DNA from: Macrostomum hystrix | Lineage: Eukaryota; Animalia; Platyhelminthes | NCBI GenBank assembly: GCA_950097015.1 | Contig: CATNEN010000038.1 | Location: forward strand, 16,926,001-16,990,000 | Length of the DNA stretch: 64,000 bases | Direction of reading: 5' to 3' | Shown: positions 12,763-25,895 of the stretch, piece by piece | How the letters are laid out: each line of letters begins with the position of its first letter | How positions within the stretch are numbered: position 1 is the stretch's first letter | Program-made: the position numbers and the translations under genes | Notes under the pieces: model-generated | Database searches by the model: none | The model's input: the letters and a program-made list of their open reading frames with translations, nothing else | Told to the model about the DNA's origin: nothing

Positions 12763-13378
12763 TCGGAATCAAATGGTCTAAACCTATATGTCTATCAATC
12801 AGATGGGATGCCCCCGAAAATAAGCAATCGAATTGCATATATGATAAATGCCGTTCAATTCATCATAGTCTATGTCTAAATATCTAACTATGAGTATATT
12901 ATTTCACATTTCACATCACATCAAGATATGCATATCTTGAAAATCTGGCAACTTCTGAACCGAGTTCCATTGTTATTTTTTTAATCCCACCTACTAATTA
13001 TAAAAGTGTTTCGTTACTGGCTGTCAGTCCTTGAAGAATGCTCTTAGAGATTTAATCAAATTTCTTTATTTCCTCTCGATGCCAAGTTGCTGCTTGCGTA
13101 ATCAATGCATATGAAAATGAAATCAAATCGTTGATGTCAAAACAGATAGAATCAGTATTTTCTGCTAAGAAGTTTATATTTTCACAAGTTTTTCCTCTCA
13201 CCGTGAGTAACATTTTTTTACTTTTTTGTTTGCCATGTCGACAGCAGTGAGCTGGCTTTTCTCTACAGCGAGCATCTATCTGCTCATTGAGGGTAGCCTG
13301 TCTGACACCTGTGGGATCGTATTTGAGCAGAGAAAGGTGCATCACAGACATTGCAACACGCGGAGCGCTGGGTTATTT

Positions 13379-14257
13379 TTAGGCACGCACGTAGAACTGT
13401 GCATTGTTGCTGCTGCTTAGATCAGTTGGCACGGCAGCGAACTCCAGCAGATAGCACAGGTCAGTCTCCGGGTTGAAAATCGCGGCCTCACAGCCCGTGG
13501 CGCACAGCATCAGGCATTGTGCCGCGTTCAGAGCGTTCAACGTCCTGTAGGGCATTGTGACTAGACCGACTAGAGTCCGATTTCCAATGACGAACTTGCT
13601 TTCTGAATGATTCAAGCCATAGACAATCCGATTGATTCGGTTAAGCACCTTAGCACCCAATGCTCCATGGTTGCTCTAATTAAATAATAATAATAATGTA
13701 CTTTCTACGCACTTTCCAGCAAAGAGAATCTGCTTTTGGTGCAAATCGAATCGAATTGAATCGAACTCAATGACGTGGCATTTCTTACATAATTAATGCT
13801 TGTTTTACTCACTGCATTTACTGCCGTAGATGTAGTTTAGCTGGAACACGCTGTTTCTCCATGGGCCTCCACAAATCTGGGCTGTATTTCCCGGACATGT
13901 AGCATAGCAATCACTGTCAGATGCTGGTCCCTGCGAGCCGTACGAGTTGTCACAGGCGCACCAGGACCTGCCCTGTACAGCCATGAACGGGAAGCCACCC
14001 AGAGCGCAGAAGCCGCTGCACAGCTCCCTGGTCATCGAGTTGGTGCGGATTCCAGCATCTGCCTGGACGACATCCACTACACTGCCAATCCTGTTGACTC
14101 CCCAGTTCTTCAGGCCCTTGAAGTCTCTCACTCCATTGGTGGCGTCCACGTAGCAGCCGAGGCTCACGATTTCGAACTGGCGGTATGAAAACGAAGCAGC
14201 TGCAAGGCTCAGGAGCAGGGTCATAAAGCAAGGTATCGCTGGTAGAATAGTCGGCAT
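13379..14257 (-). CDS. Small secreted WSC-domain + PAN/apple-like protein (paralogue 2)
   Basis: Exon 1 14257-13813 (donor GTGAGT; alternative same-phase donor after 13822) with signal peptide and a WSC domain about 80% identical to paralogue 1 by eye. Exon 2 13602-13379, phase 1: SKFVIGNRTLVGL..QCLMLCATGCEAAIFNPETDLCYLLEFAAVP..YVRA*. Confidence 0.88.
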
Positions 14258-15159
14258 GACTAAAAGCTGCAGTTCCGTATGAATTGTTTATTATATTGAT
14301 GGCTTTTTTCGCAGGCAGTTTTAATTTCTGAGACTGCCGTTATTTATCCGAGTCGCTGGAGCTGCGAATTCTATTTGAATAATCCAGCATTATTGAATCG
14401 CAAATAGCGACATCAAATACTGCTTGCGCTGAGGGACTCTACTCAGCTGGTCACGCTACTGTGAGCTAGGCGCATGAGCTGCTACCTGCTCTGCCTAAGG
14501 TGAATACAGATTACTAAGGGAGGAAAATGATGGGGAATCATATATATTGAACGTAATTGGGGATGCAAAGAGAAGAGATAAACTCTGATGTCGAAGACGC
14601 CTAGTCGACTGGAAGAGTGATAATCTGTTGCCATAGAGACCATTCGTGTAATACTACGCGAAGTGTATTTACATATCGACGCTACCGATTTAGCAAGTAT
14701 GAGTACTTTGGTGTCAGCGATTGAGATAACAAAAGCACATCTATAGCCAGAGCTACCAGAGGCCTAGTACAACTTCAGTGTGGGTTTGTTAGTTGTTAGT
14801 CACCGTTTCCTGTTGTTGGCTGCACAGACAGCATTGTACACGTTAAATTAAAGTGATTTGTCTATGGTCAGCGCTGCACATCAAACAGGCAGTGAGGGAA
14901 AAGTATTGTTTGGCCCGAATGACTCTCTCGCTTTCCTGCTGGATGGAAATCCCAGGCGGTCAATGCGATGTGTATAATGAGGCGAATGAGACACGCACCA
15001 TCTGATTCAGGAAAATGGCTAGAATCTATCATGTATTACAAATGAGGCAGTATAAAGCATGCATTGAGGCTGACCTGGACAAATCTATACTACTAAAGCA
15101 AAAGCATTCACAGACCAACGTTAATTAACGGCTGGCTTAAAATCTCCCGTGTGTAAAAC

Positions 15160-15985
15160 AGATTTGTGTGGCTGCCATCAGAGATTTGTGTGGCTGCATG
15201 CCATTAGAGATTTGTGTGGCTGCCATTAGAGATTTGTGTGGCTGCCATTAGAGATTTGTGTGGTTGCCATCAGAGATTTGTGTGGTTGCCATCAGAGATT
15301 TGTGTGGTTGCCATCAGAGATTTGTGTGGTTGCCATCAGAGATTTGTGTGGCTGCATGCCATCAGAGATTTGTGTGGCTGCATGCCATCAGAGATTTGTG
15401 TGGCTGCATGCCATCAGAGATTTGTGTGGCTGCATGCCATCAGAGATTTGTGTTGTTGCCATTAGAGATTTGTGTGATTGCATGCCATCAGAGATTTGTG
15501 TGGCTGCATGCCATCAGAGATTTGTGTGGCTGCATGCCATCAGAGATTTGTGTGGCTGCATGCCATCAGAGATTTGTCTTGTTGCCATCAGAGATTTGTG
15601 TGGCTGCATGCCATCAGAGATTTGTGTGGCTGCATGCCATCAGAGATTTGTCTTGTTGCCATCAGAGATTTGTGTGGCTGCATGCCATTAGAGATTTGTG
15701 TGGCTGCATGCCATCAGAGATTTGTGTGGCTGCATGCCATCAGAGATTTGTGTGGCTGCATGCCATTAGAGATTTGTGTGGCTGCATGCCATTAGAGATT
15801 TGTGTGGCTGCATGCCATTAGAGATTTGTGTGGCTGCATGCCATCAGAGATTTGTGTGGCTGCATGCCATCAGAGATTTGTGTGGCTGCATGCCATCAGA
15901 GATTTGTGTTGTTGCCATCAGAGATTTGTGTGGCTGCATGACATCAGAGATTTGAGTGGCTGCATGCCATCAGAGCTTTGTGTGG
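15160..15985. repeat. 22/26-bp minisatellite
   Basis: Units GCCATCAGAGATTTGTGTGG(TT) and GCCATCAGAGATTTGTGTGGCTGCAT interleaved. Confidence 0.95.
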
Positions 15986-17995
15986 CGCGGCCGCCTCTGA
16001 ACTTACCCGCTAGCGACGAGAAACGAGAATCACTCTATACGTACATGTAACGTCACTTGAGTTACATAATGTCTGTGGCCCAAACAGGAGATCGAATTTA
16101 GTGAAACTGCGTGTTTTTCTGTTGCATCTATGCAGAATAGAATGAATCAGCAGAGAAGTGATTTAGCTTCATGCCGATAGCCAGCAGTTTAAGAAATCTC
16201 AGTTCGAATATCTAAAGCCATCTATCTGCTAGGATCGAAGTGGTAGCGCTTAATCCCTCGGGGCAGAATAAACAAGTTAGTGTTTGGGATCTCCAGACAT
16301 GCACAGAGAAGAGGATCCATATATACATACTTTAACTGTGTTGGTGAATAGGAAAAAAAACTCAGAAAGATTCTGAACTAATAGCAGTCTCCGCCAGGGC
16401 AAAGGCTTTGCGACAGAGAAAAGAAAATTGATTAATTTTTTCCCTTCCCACAACCAAATTGATCGCATTCATGGCCTGCTGCAGCTCGTCTGCCTATCTC
16501 TGCAACAAACTCCTAGATCTCCGAACGCTCTTATAACCTTCTCTTTTCTATATACTGCAGGACCATATGCTTGTTCTGTGAGTGCGAATTCTTGTTGTAG
16601 TTTCCAGAAAGAAAGACCGAACGATTGGGAGATCGAGAGGACCGCATATGCTTAGGCATAACAGTTACCATATGAAGCATAGAGTGATCAGGCAGTGCAA
16701 TTAAGGGAGAGGAGGATCTTATTTTGAACCAAGCCAATTGCTAGCTGGCTCGATTGAATGGAGCAGCTCTATAGCCACCCATGCATGCAGTGTATAAAGG
16801 GCGTAGTACTTCGATCATAAATGATCGAGAGCGCCAGTTCAACTCGCGCGCAGCTGATCAGCTTTTGTACATATACCCGCTAGCTATAGTGCAATCCGCT
16901 GAGTATAGATTGTACATGAAGCTTGAGTATTAATAATTAGAATAAATGAGCATGAGCGTTAATTTAGGAGTTTTTAGATAGCATTAAAATGGTTCTTCGA
17001 TGAAATTCATGAAGTAGTACCTGATTAGGACTACGAAGCCATTTGCCGCCGCTTTTCAAACTAAGGGGAATTCGACCCCACCCCAGACAATTATTTGTCC
17101 TGACAAAAAGCTTTTTCTACTTGTACGAAAATAGCAATTCACACACAGATAGAAGCATTCTGAGGAAAATTTTTAGTTTATTCTTGTTAACCTGCAAAAA
17201 ATCCAATCTGATCTTGTCCCATTATATCTAACAATTATACAAATGTACTGCTGTATATAGCTCATGCACGCTCATCTCCAGTTCATATCAAATACGACAT
17301 AATTATAAGATAATTAAGAAAACGGATTGAGCAAAAGCAATCGTCCGCATCAGGGACTACTAAATATTGGTATCCCTGTTTTTCGCATTTGGGTAAACAT
17401 AGGTATATGGATTTCGGCTGTAACTTCAAATGTCTTGCATGGGAAAGAGACGATGAACCAATATGGCATCAAACGATTTGAAAAATTTATCCTGCGGGAA
17501 GCGCAGAAGTTCAAGCATAATTTAAAAAATTAACCTGAATAGTCTATAGTTAGCTTGGTTTTCAAGTGGCCACTTGCAATTTTGCAACTGGCCTTTTTCT
17601 GCCTTTATTCTGCATATCATCCATAACTTAAAGTTAAGTTGCGAGCCGGTGAACTTGTGAGATTTTACTGCTATGGTAATAACATAACCAAATAAAACAT
17701 TAGATAAAAGTTTTCCAAGAAGCTGACGCTGTTAATTTTGATTTTATAATAAAACTTGAAAGTGTTTTGGTGAAAACGTCAAAGTCTGTACACGTAAAGC
17801 GTTTTGTTCATTTTCTTAGAACAGTTATCACGCCTAAGTAACGTTGTTTTTTAAATCAATGATGATTTGCATTTTTACAAAACAGCATACGATTTAATTA
17901 GTTAGTTCGTATTTATTATTCTTTTTTTATGCCACTTTGCTTTTTTATTTGATCGCAAACCCGCACCAGATCCACTAACCAGTGACTAGCCGAGC

Positions 17996-20900
17996 ATGCC
18001 ACCAAAGTCTGCTCCTGGAAGGCCAAAGTATTCTGAAGGTAAAGACTGAAGCAAAAGTTAATGTTATAGGCCCTAGCTACGCCTAGGCCTAGGAATCCAT
18101 CATATGTTTATAATAGGCCTTTTTACTAGCACTAATGACGGATAAAACGTCAATAACTGAACAATAATTTAATGATTTCCCTCATTCTAATTGTTTGGCA
18201 ATTTTAGCTAGGCCTAGGCCTATTAAATATTATTGTTCTGGTCTTCAGATTCCAGGCCATTTTGTCAATTGCCTTTTTGTCAACCATCTTTTCGTTAGGC
18301 CCTAACTGCTTTTCAGATGTGCTGGAATTTTCTCTGTTATTTGAGGTTTTCTTTACAATTGCAATCAAAGAAATCAAAGCAGTCATTTCTTTGTTATACT
18401 GTCTCAAAATTTGGTGAAAATATGGACTTGACAAAAAGATGTTTGACAAGAAGACAGTTGATGAATAGATTCATCACTATTGATTATATACCATAGTCAG
18501 GAAGGTGTACATGTACAGTATACACAGAAACTAATTCTGGGTGAAATCAAGCTTGTATACCAATTTTAACAGCCCCATTTTGACAATTATGCCAATGGTC
18601 ATTTCAGCAAGCAGCAAAAAGTAGAAAACTAAGATAACTTGATATCTTTAACAAAAATGATCTGATTGTTTACAAATTATTATGATTGAATTTGCATCTT
18701 TGATATTATAATAGAAAACTCATTAGGGACAACAATTTGAAATAATGTCAGGGCTCACAAAACAAAAACAAATCAAAATACAATAGTTGTCAATTTTACA
18801 ATAATGAAAAATATTAATCTTTTCATTTGTATTTTTTATTTTAAGCAGGGTCTCATCTTTTTGAACATCAATGAATTAACTAGATTTAAGAATATTACTT
18901 AATATTTTTATATTGAGGCTAGGCCTACTAGTTGCTGGCCATAGTCAAGAAGGTGGCATGTGTACGCCGGAATGAAATTCGTACATAGGGCTACCTATGT
19001 ACGCCAAATGTAACCATATGTACGCAGAATATACTGTAATGCACACCGAATATACCGTAATGCACCCATGCACGCCAATTAGTTAATTGTTTATCAGCTT
19101 ATTAGGACACTGAATGGACACCAATGAATGGACATCGCGAGTTCTGAGTGCGGCGCCAGTTGATAACTTTGCTGACGTCATACTTGTCAGCACCTCGACC
19201 TCTAGAGCCATTTGAATTCAGAATTTTGAGTTTGCAGCAACAGAGTAAGCCAGTAAAGCCAAAGGTTGTAATTAATACAATTTAGCAGATTCAGACATTC
19301 ATTCTGCTTCTAACATTGTCGACGTCACGATGTGTATCCGTGTATGGTGTATTATAATAAAGTAAAAACCTTCCGTTGCATCAAATATTCAACAAGTTTG
19401 GTTGTTGTACTATACCAACAAGTTTAGTCTTTTTTAATTTGTTTAACTGGAGATGTTAAAATTATCATTTTAAACTATTTTATGTCATTTTAACTTATTT
19501 TAACTCATTCTTAGCAACTTGAACACACCCAAAGATTACCCTAAAGTTTTGGCAGAGATTTGAATAAGAATATATGGTAGACATATTAGAGAATTAGCAC
19601 TGCCTCATATGCCAACCTTATATCCCATATCATGCCACATATTTGCGGCATACATGGCATATGCTGAATGTATACCAACTGTTGCAAGGCAGACCAAAAG
19701 TACACCAAATGTATGCCGAATATCTTTGGCTATGCCTATGCACACCGGAATTTTCGACGAAAAAGGCCACCTTCCTGACTATGGGTTGCTGGTAGCTATT
19801 ACAAATTTGTACTCAGAATTTTTGCATTATAGTTAGTTTTTCATTTAGATTATTTAGAAAGATGTGTATGCCAAAACATATTTCAGAGAAAAATGTATGT
19901 AGGAATATTCTTGAGTGTGTAGGCCCTCCTGACTATGGATAAAATCATTATGGTAAATATTATTATCAAAATGAATAAAATAAAAAGTTAGGCTTTAAAA
20001 ATAAATATAAAAAGAGTAGCCACCAATGAACAATAATTAACAAGCCAGGTGTCATAGTACTATGCTCAGTAGTATAGTGTGCTACCCAGAAGAGAATGTT
20101 GCTAAGGGTTACAAGGCAAGTTAAGCTAACAAGGCAAGAATAAAATTATAATATTTCCTTTGTAGTGATCCCTCTTTTCTCTCTTTATCAGCCACAGTCT
20201 GTCATATTATTATAAAACTCACAAAATAAAAAAATCAATTTGCAATAGCTAAGAAAGTTGTTATCTTTCATACTTGTAAAGTAACTAAATATGGGATTTT
20301 ATTAACCTATTGATTGCCCTAGGCTGTATGAAATGTTTTGTCTCTCATAGTTATGTTGCTAGTCTCAAATTGCTTTGGGAGAATCTGTTATTGACCAAGT
20401 TAGGTAAAAAAGGAATAGGAATTTTCATGCGTAATTAAGTGATGCAAAGAATTTCAGCAATAAAATTAATATATGGGCCTAAAAATAACTGCTGCAGGCA
20501 ATAGCACATCATGGGTGCCCATTTTACTGACTCCTGAGCACACATGCACACACAGATACTCACCCAGCAGTGTAAATCTGCCAGCTCTCATTGTGAGGCA
20601 GTATGCACTTCACTGTGCAATCGAGGTTAGCCCTCAGTGGTGTAAATTGCATGACAAGCCCCAAAGCACTCTCTGCAGCTGCAGCCCAAATGATAATAGG
20701 GTGTCTAACATTCCACAAAGCTTCCAAAATTTGGTCTTACAGTGTGCCCATGTTCTTTCAATAGTGTCAGTGGTTCATAACAGCATGGTTAGCACATTCT
20801 ATGACAATTACCTGCAAACTATAATCACAGAAGACAGTATATTAACAATTCAAAAGTATTTGTATGCAAAAAATAGAATTAAACAAGTCGAAGGTACTTT

Positions 20901-23531
20901 TTAGCCAACACTAAAGATTAGGGTTAGACTTGACACACTGATAAAGTGGCAGTGAGTTCACATAAAAATGACACAGTTTGATTATGATCAAATTTTCGCA
21001 AACATACAATTAATAAAGTTAATAATTATTTTTCTGCAATTTTAGGTGAAAAGATACTTTGCTTTCATGGCCCACTGCTTTATGAGGCTAAGGTAAGAAA
21101 TGCATTTTTACTCGCGTTTTAAAAAAGTTTGTCCCTGCTTAAATATTGGAATTATTTTTTCTTGCTAATTTGCATTTTTAGTGTCTAAACGTGGACATAA
21201 AAGATGGTCACATAAAATACTACGTGCACTATCAGGGCTGGAACAAAAAGTAAGCCTATTTTTACTGATGCCTTCTTGTTTTATAGAGCACTAAAGCAAA
21301 AAAGTTTTAAAATCCCAAAATTCCTATACTCGCGCCAGCTGGGACGAATGGGTTGGCGATGCTCGCATCATGAAGTTCAACGCAGTTGGCCTGCAGAAGC
21401 AGAAGGAGCTAAAGGAGTTCTACTCGAAACCTGGCAAGAAAATCAAGGGTTTGAGAAAGTCGGACCTGCTCAATCAGGAGTATCCGCCGCCTGAAGCTCT
21501 GCGTCGTCTGGAGGAAGCCGGCGCGCCAGACGACGGGCCTTCGACTTCTTCAGCGACAACTAGTCAGCTGCCGCCGCCGCCGCCACCACCACCATCGCAG
21601 CCTGCCACTCAGCAGTCTGCATCGGCGTCAACAATCAGCAAACGCACAGCCAGAGAGTCTTTGTCTTCGGCAGCCGCGGATCTCGACGCTGCAGACGGTC
21701 GGGAGTCGAGTAGCGTTGGCGGCAGCAGCGGCGGCAATATCATCGGTGGCCCACCGGGCAAGCGGCTGCGCATCCAGATTGAACTGCCCAAGCCTCTGAA
21801 GCTCTGGCTCGCCGATGACCAAGATCTGGTCTGCAGGCAGAAGCGGCTACTCTCGCTGCCACCTCCCCCGTCTCAGACGGTGTGTAGATTATCTGTTTGC
21901 TTTTCTATAAATGGTTTTAGTCGATTTGTCTAACCATTAGACAGATACTTCCATACGTCTGACACCCCATCCGCCCCTACCACCGCCTCTGACACCCCAT
22001 CCGCCCCTACCACAGCGTCTGACACCCCATCCGCCCCTTCCACCGTGTCTGACACCCCATCCGCCCCTACCAACGCGTCTGACACCCCATCCGCCCCTAC
22101 CACCGTGTCTGACACCCCATCCGCCCCTACCAACGCGTCTGACACCCCATCCGCCCCTACCACCGTGTCTGACACCCCATCCGCCCCTACCAACGCGTCT
22201 GACACCCCATCCGCCCCTACCACCGTGTCTGACACTCCATCCGCCCCTACCACCGCGTCTGACACCCCATCCGCCCCTACCACCGTGTCTGACACCCTAT
22301 CCGCCCCTACCACCGCCTCTGACACCCCATCCGCCCCTACCACCGTGTCTGACACCCTATCCGCTCCTACCACCGTGTCTGACACCCCATCCGCCCCTAC
22401 CATCGTGTCTGACACCCCATCCGCCCCTTCCACTGTCTGACATCCCATCCGCCCCCATTCTGCCGCTGTCTCAGGTGTCCGGAATCCTAGGCCGTTTCGT
22501 CACCACCCAGTCGGCGATCAGCTGCGCCGACGATCTCGAACGCGAACGCCTATCAGAGTTCGTGGCCGGCCTGCAGAGCTACTTTAACGCCGTCCTCAGC
22601 AGCCAGTTGCTCTACGGTAACGAGCGGCAGCAGTATTTGCTGCTGCTGAAAAGCCACCGGGCAGCCATGCCAGCTAGCCTGTACGGCTGCATGCACCTGC
22701 TACGACTGTTTGTCCGCATGGGCGACCTGTTGTCACACACCAAGCTGGATCTCAAGTGTCTCAACTCTCTGCTAGATTATTGCGATGCTTTCCTACTGTG
22801 AGTGCCGCCTTTCTAACCTTGTTGTCCTTTCCCTCATCCCACCTTCAGTGATCCTTATCCCTTCCCTTATCCCACCTTCTGTGATCCTTATCCCTTCCCT
22901 TATCCCACCTTCAGTAATTCTTATCCCTTCTCTTATCCCACCTTAAGTGATCATTATCCCTTCCCTTATCCCACCTTAAGTGATCATTATCCCTTCCCTT
23001 ATCCCACCTTCTGTGATCCTTATCCCTTCCCTTATCCCACCTTCAGTGATTCTTATCCCTTCCCTTATCCCACCTTCTGTGATCCTTATCCCTTCCCTTA
23101 TCCCACCTTCAGTAATTCTTATCCCTTCCCTTATCCCACCTTAAGTGATCATTATCCCTTCCCTTATCCCACCTTAAGTGATCATTATCCCTTCCCTTAT
23201 CTCACCTTCTGTAATCCTTATCCCTTCCCTTATCCCACCTTAAGTGATCATTATCCCTTCCCTTATCCCACCTTCAGTAATCCTTATCCCTTCCCTTATC
23301 TCACCTTTAGTGATCCTTATCCCTTCCCTTATCCCACCTTACCTCACCTCACCTTAAGCTTACCTTCAGTAATCCTTGTCCTTTTGTTAGCCCTCATTGA
23401 CGTACATTACTAATTCAATTTAACAACTTTTTCAACCCATCGCACATCCCAGTTTCCTAGAAAGAAACATCGACGTGTTCATGAGCGCGGCCAGCTACGA
23501 ACCGCCAGATCCAAGGCTTGCGTCCGCTTAG
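17996..23531 (+). CDS. MORF4L1: MRG15 / mortality factor 4-like 1 (chromo-barrel + MRG domain)
   Basis: Six phase-consistent exons: 17996-18038 (MPPKSAPGRPKYSEG), 21046-21092 (EKILCFHGPLLYEAK), 21182-21249 (..YYVHYQGWNK), 21339-21879 (NWDEWV..IELPKPLKLWLADDQDLV..LLSLP), 22475-22797 (..GLQSYFNAVLSSQLLYGNERQQY..LYGCMHLLRLFVRMG..), 23453-23531 (FLERN..YEPP..*). AATAAA at 23596. Confidence 0.95.
18939..19784. mobile_element. Non-autonomous DNA transposon with CCATAGTC termini and 8-bp TSD, MRG15 intron 1
   Basis: TIR CCATAGTCA(A/G)GAAGGTGGC ... GCCACCTTCCTGACTATGG; perfect TSD GTTGCTGG at 18931-18938 and 19785-19792; subterminal ATGTACGCCG-like repeats. It lies inside an older related element (CCATAGTCAGGAAGG at 18491 ... 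CCCTCCTGACTATGG ending 19938). Confidence 0.85.
20590..20695 (-). mobile_element. Partial SINE family B
   Basis: Reverse complement resembles the body of the 59020-59210 copy (TTTGGGCTGCAGCTGCAGAGAG..GGGGCTTGTCATGCAATTTACACC). Confidence 0.55.
21958..22455. repeat. 30-bp minisatellite, MRG15 intron 4
   Basis: Unit TCTGACACCCCATCCGCCCCTACCACCGTG, about 16 copies, ending about 20 bp before the acceptor at 22473-22474. Confidence 0.95.
22828..23385. repeat. 33-bp pyrimidine-rich minisatellite, MRG15 intron 5
   Basis: Unit TTATCCCTTCCCTTATCCCACCTTCTGTGATCC with variants. Confidence 0.93.
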
Positions 23532-24351
23532 CAACCGTTGCTATGGTCAAGGACAACAGGAAGGATAATGTCGATTGTCGGCAAGATTTCAAAGTAATAA
23601 ACAATGTATTTATTTTTATTTGCACATCTGGTACGATAAAGTAGGTCAGTGCATTTTATTTTGTAATGTCAATAAGATTTAACTCATGTGGTTTTGTCTG
23701 CTGCTAAGGTTAATAGTACATTCTGTGTGTTGTTCTGCTGGTATGTACAAGTATTTCTCTGTAAATTTCTAAATCCTGCGCTTATTGTTTGATGTGCTAG
23801 TAATTAAATTCTGTTTCAACGTACCTTTGTTAAGCCGAATTTAATGCTGAATGCTCTCATATAACACTTTAATAAATATTGGGGCATTGATCAATGCGCA
23901 TTTTGTCTACTGTTAGTAGTCTGTCCCGAATTCAGAAACTCTTATAATTTTGACTTTAAAAGTATTTGAATTTTTTTCATCTAGTCAAGAGGCTTTCTAC
24001 GGTAGTTGTAGTCACTGTGGCACTGAGAGAATTCACGTTCCATGGTTTATCGCCGTGGTCTACTTGGATTATCAACAAAGGACAGATACGAAATAAATTT
24101 AAACAGTTTACACTAAACTCTGTTGGTTGATTTCCCATTAAGTTTTTTTTGCCACATCTTTATCCCCTAGATTTCTCCCCTAGTTCACTCTTCACACCGG
24201 AAGACTAAAAAAATAAATTAAAAAATCACTGCATTTACCTAACGCGCATTTTGTGTCCGCAAAAATTTACTCTGACGCTGAACTTGTACTCTGAACAAAA
24301 GCTTTTGATTTATAGCCTTGAATAAGCTGTGAGTCCAGTCCCAAATAGATT

Positions 24352-25895
24352 GAGAATCCAGCCTCAAACAGACTGAGAATCCAGCCTCAAACAGACTGAG
24401 AATCCAGCCTCAAACAGACTGAGAATCCAGCCTCAAACAGACTGAGAGTCCAGCCTCAAACAGACTGAGAATACAGCCTCAAACAGACTGAGAATCCAGC
24501 CTCAAACAGACTGAGAGTCCAGCCTCAAACAGACTGAGAATCCAGCCTCAAACAGACTGAGAATCCAGCCTCAAACAGACTGAGAATCCAGCCTCAAACA
24601 GACTGAGAATCCAGCCTCAAACAGACTGAGAATCCAGCCTCAAACAGACTGAGAATCCAGCCTCAAACAGACTGAGAATCCAGCCTCAAACAGACTGAGA
24701 ATCCAGCCTCAAACAGACTGAGAATCCAGCCTCAAACAGACTGAGAATCCAGCCTCAAACAGACTGAGAATCCAGCCTCAAACAGACTGAGAATCCAGCC
24801 TCAAACAGACTGAGAATCCAGCCTCAAACAGACTGAGAATCCAGCCTCAAACAGACTGAGAATCCAGCCTCAAACAGACTGAGAATCCAGCCTCAAACAG
24901 ACTGAGAATCCAGCCTCAAACAGACTGAGAATCCAGCCTCAAACAGACTGAGAATCCAGCCTCAAACAGACTGAGAATCCAGCCTCAAACAGACTGAGAA
25001 TCCAGCCTCAAACAGACTGAGAATCCAGCCTCAAACAGACTGAGAATCCAGCCTCAAACAGACTGAGAATCCAGCCTCAAACAGACTGAGAATCCAGCCT
25101 CAAACAGACTGAGAATCCAGCCTCAAACAGACTGAGAATCCAGCCTCAAACAGACTGAGAATCCAGCCTCAAACAGACTGAGAATCCAGCCTCAAACAGA
25201 CTGAGAATCCAGCCTCAAACAGACTGAGAATCCAGCCTCAAACAGACTGAGAATCCAGCCTCAAACAGACTGAGAATCCAGCCTCAAACAGACTGAGAAT
25301 CCAGCCTCAAACAGACTGAGAATCCAGCCTCAAATAGACTGAGAATCCAGCCTCAAACAGACTGAGAATCCAGCCTCAAACAGACTGAGAGTCCAGCCTC
25401 AAACAGACTGAGAATACAGCCTCAAACAGACTGAGAATCCAGCCTCAAACAGACTGAGAATCCAGCCTCAAACAGACTGAGAATCCAGCCTCAAACAGAC
25501 TGAGAATCCAGCCTCAAACAGACTGAGAATCCAGCCTCAAACAGACTGAGAATCCAGCCTCAAACAGACTGAGAATCCAGCCTCAAACAGACTGAGAATC
25601 CAGCCTCAAATAGACTGAGAATCCAGCCTCAAACAGACTGAGAATCCAGCCTCAAACAGACTGAGAGTCCAGCCTCAAACAGACTGAGAATCCAGCCTCA
25701 AACAGACTGAGAATCCAGCCTCAAACAGACTGAGAGTCCAGCCTCAAACAGACTGAGAATCCAGCCTCAAACAGACTGAGAGTCCAGCCTCAAACAGACT
25801 GAGAATCCAGCCTCAAACAGACTGAGAATCCAGCCTCAAACAGACTGAGAATCCAGCCTCAAACAGACTGAGAGTCCAGCCTCAAACAGCCTCAA
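24352..25895. repeat. 23-bp minisatellite, about 66 copies, intergenic
   Basis: Unit GAGAATCCAGCCTCAAACAGACT, almost invariant. Confidence 0.97.

Noticed and set aside
21930-22448. Mucin-like or antifreeze-like repeat ORFs
   Set aside because: They lie inside MRG15 intron 4; a 30-bp unit gives open frames by chance.
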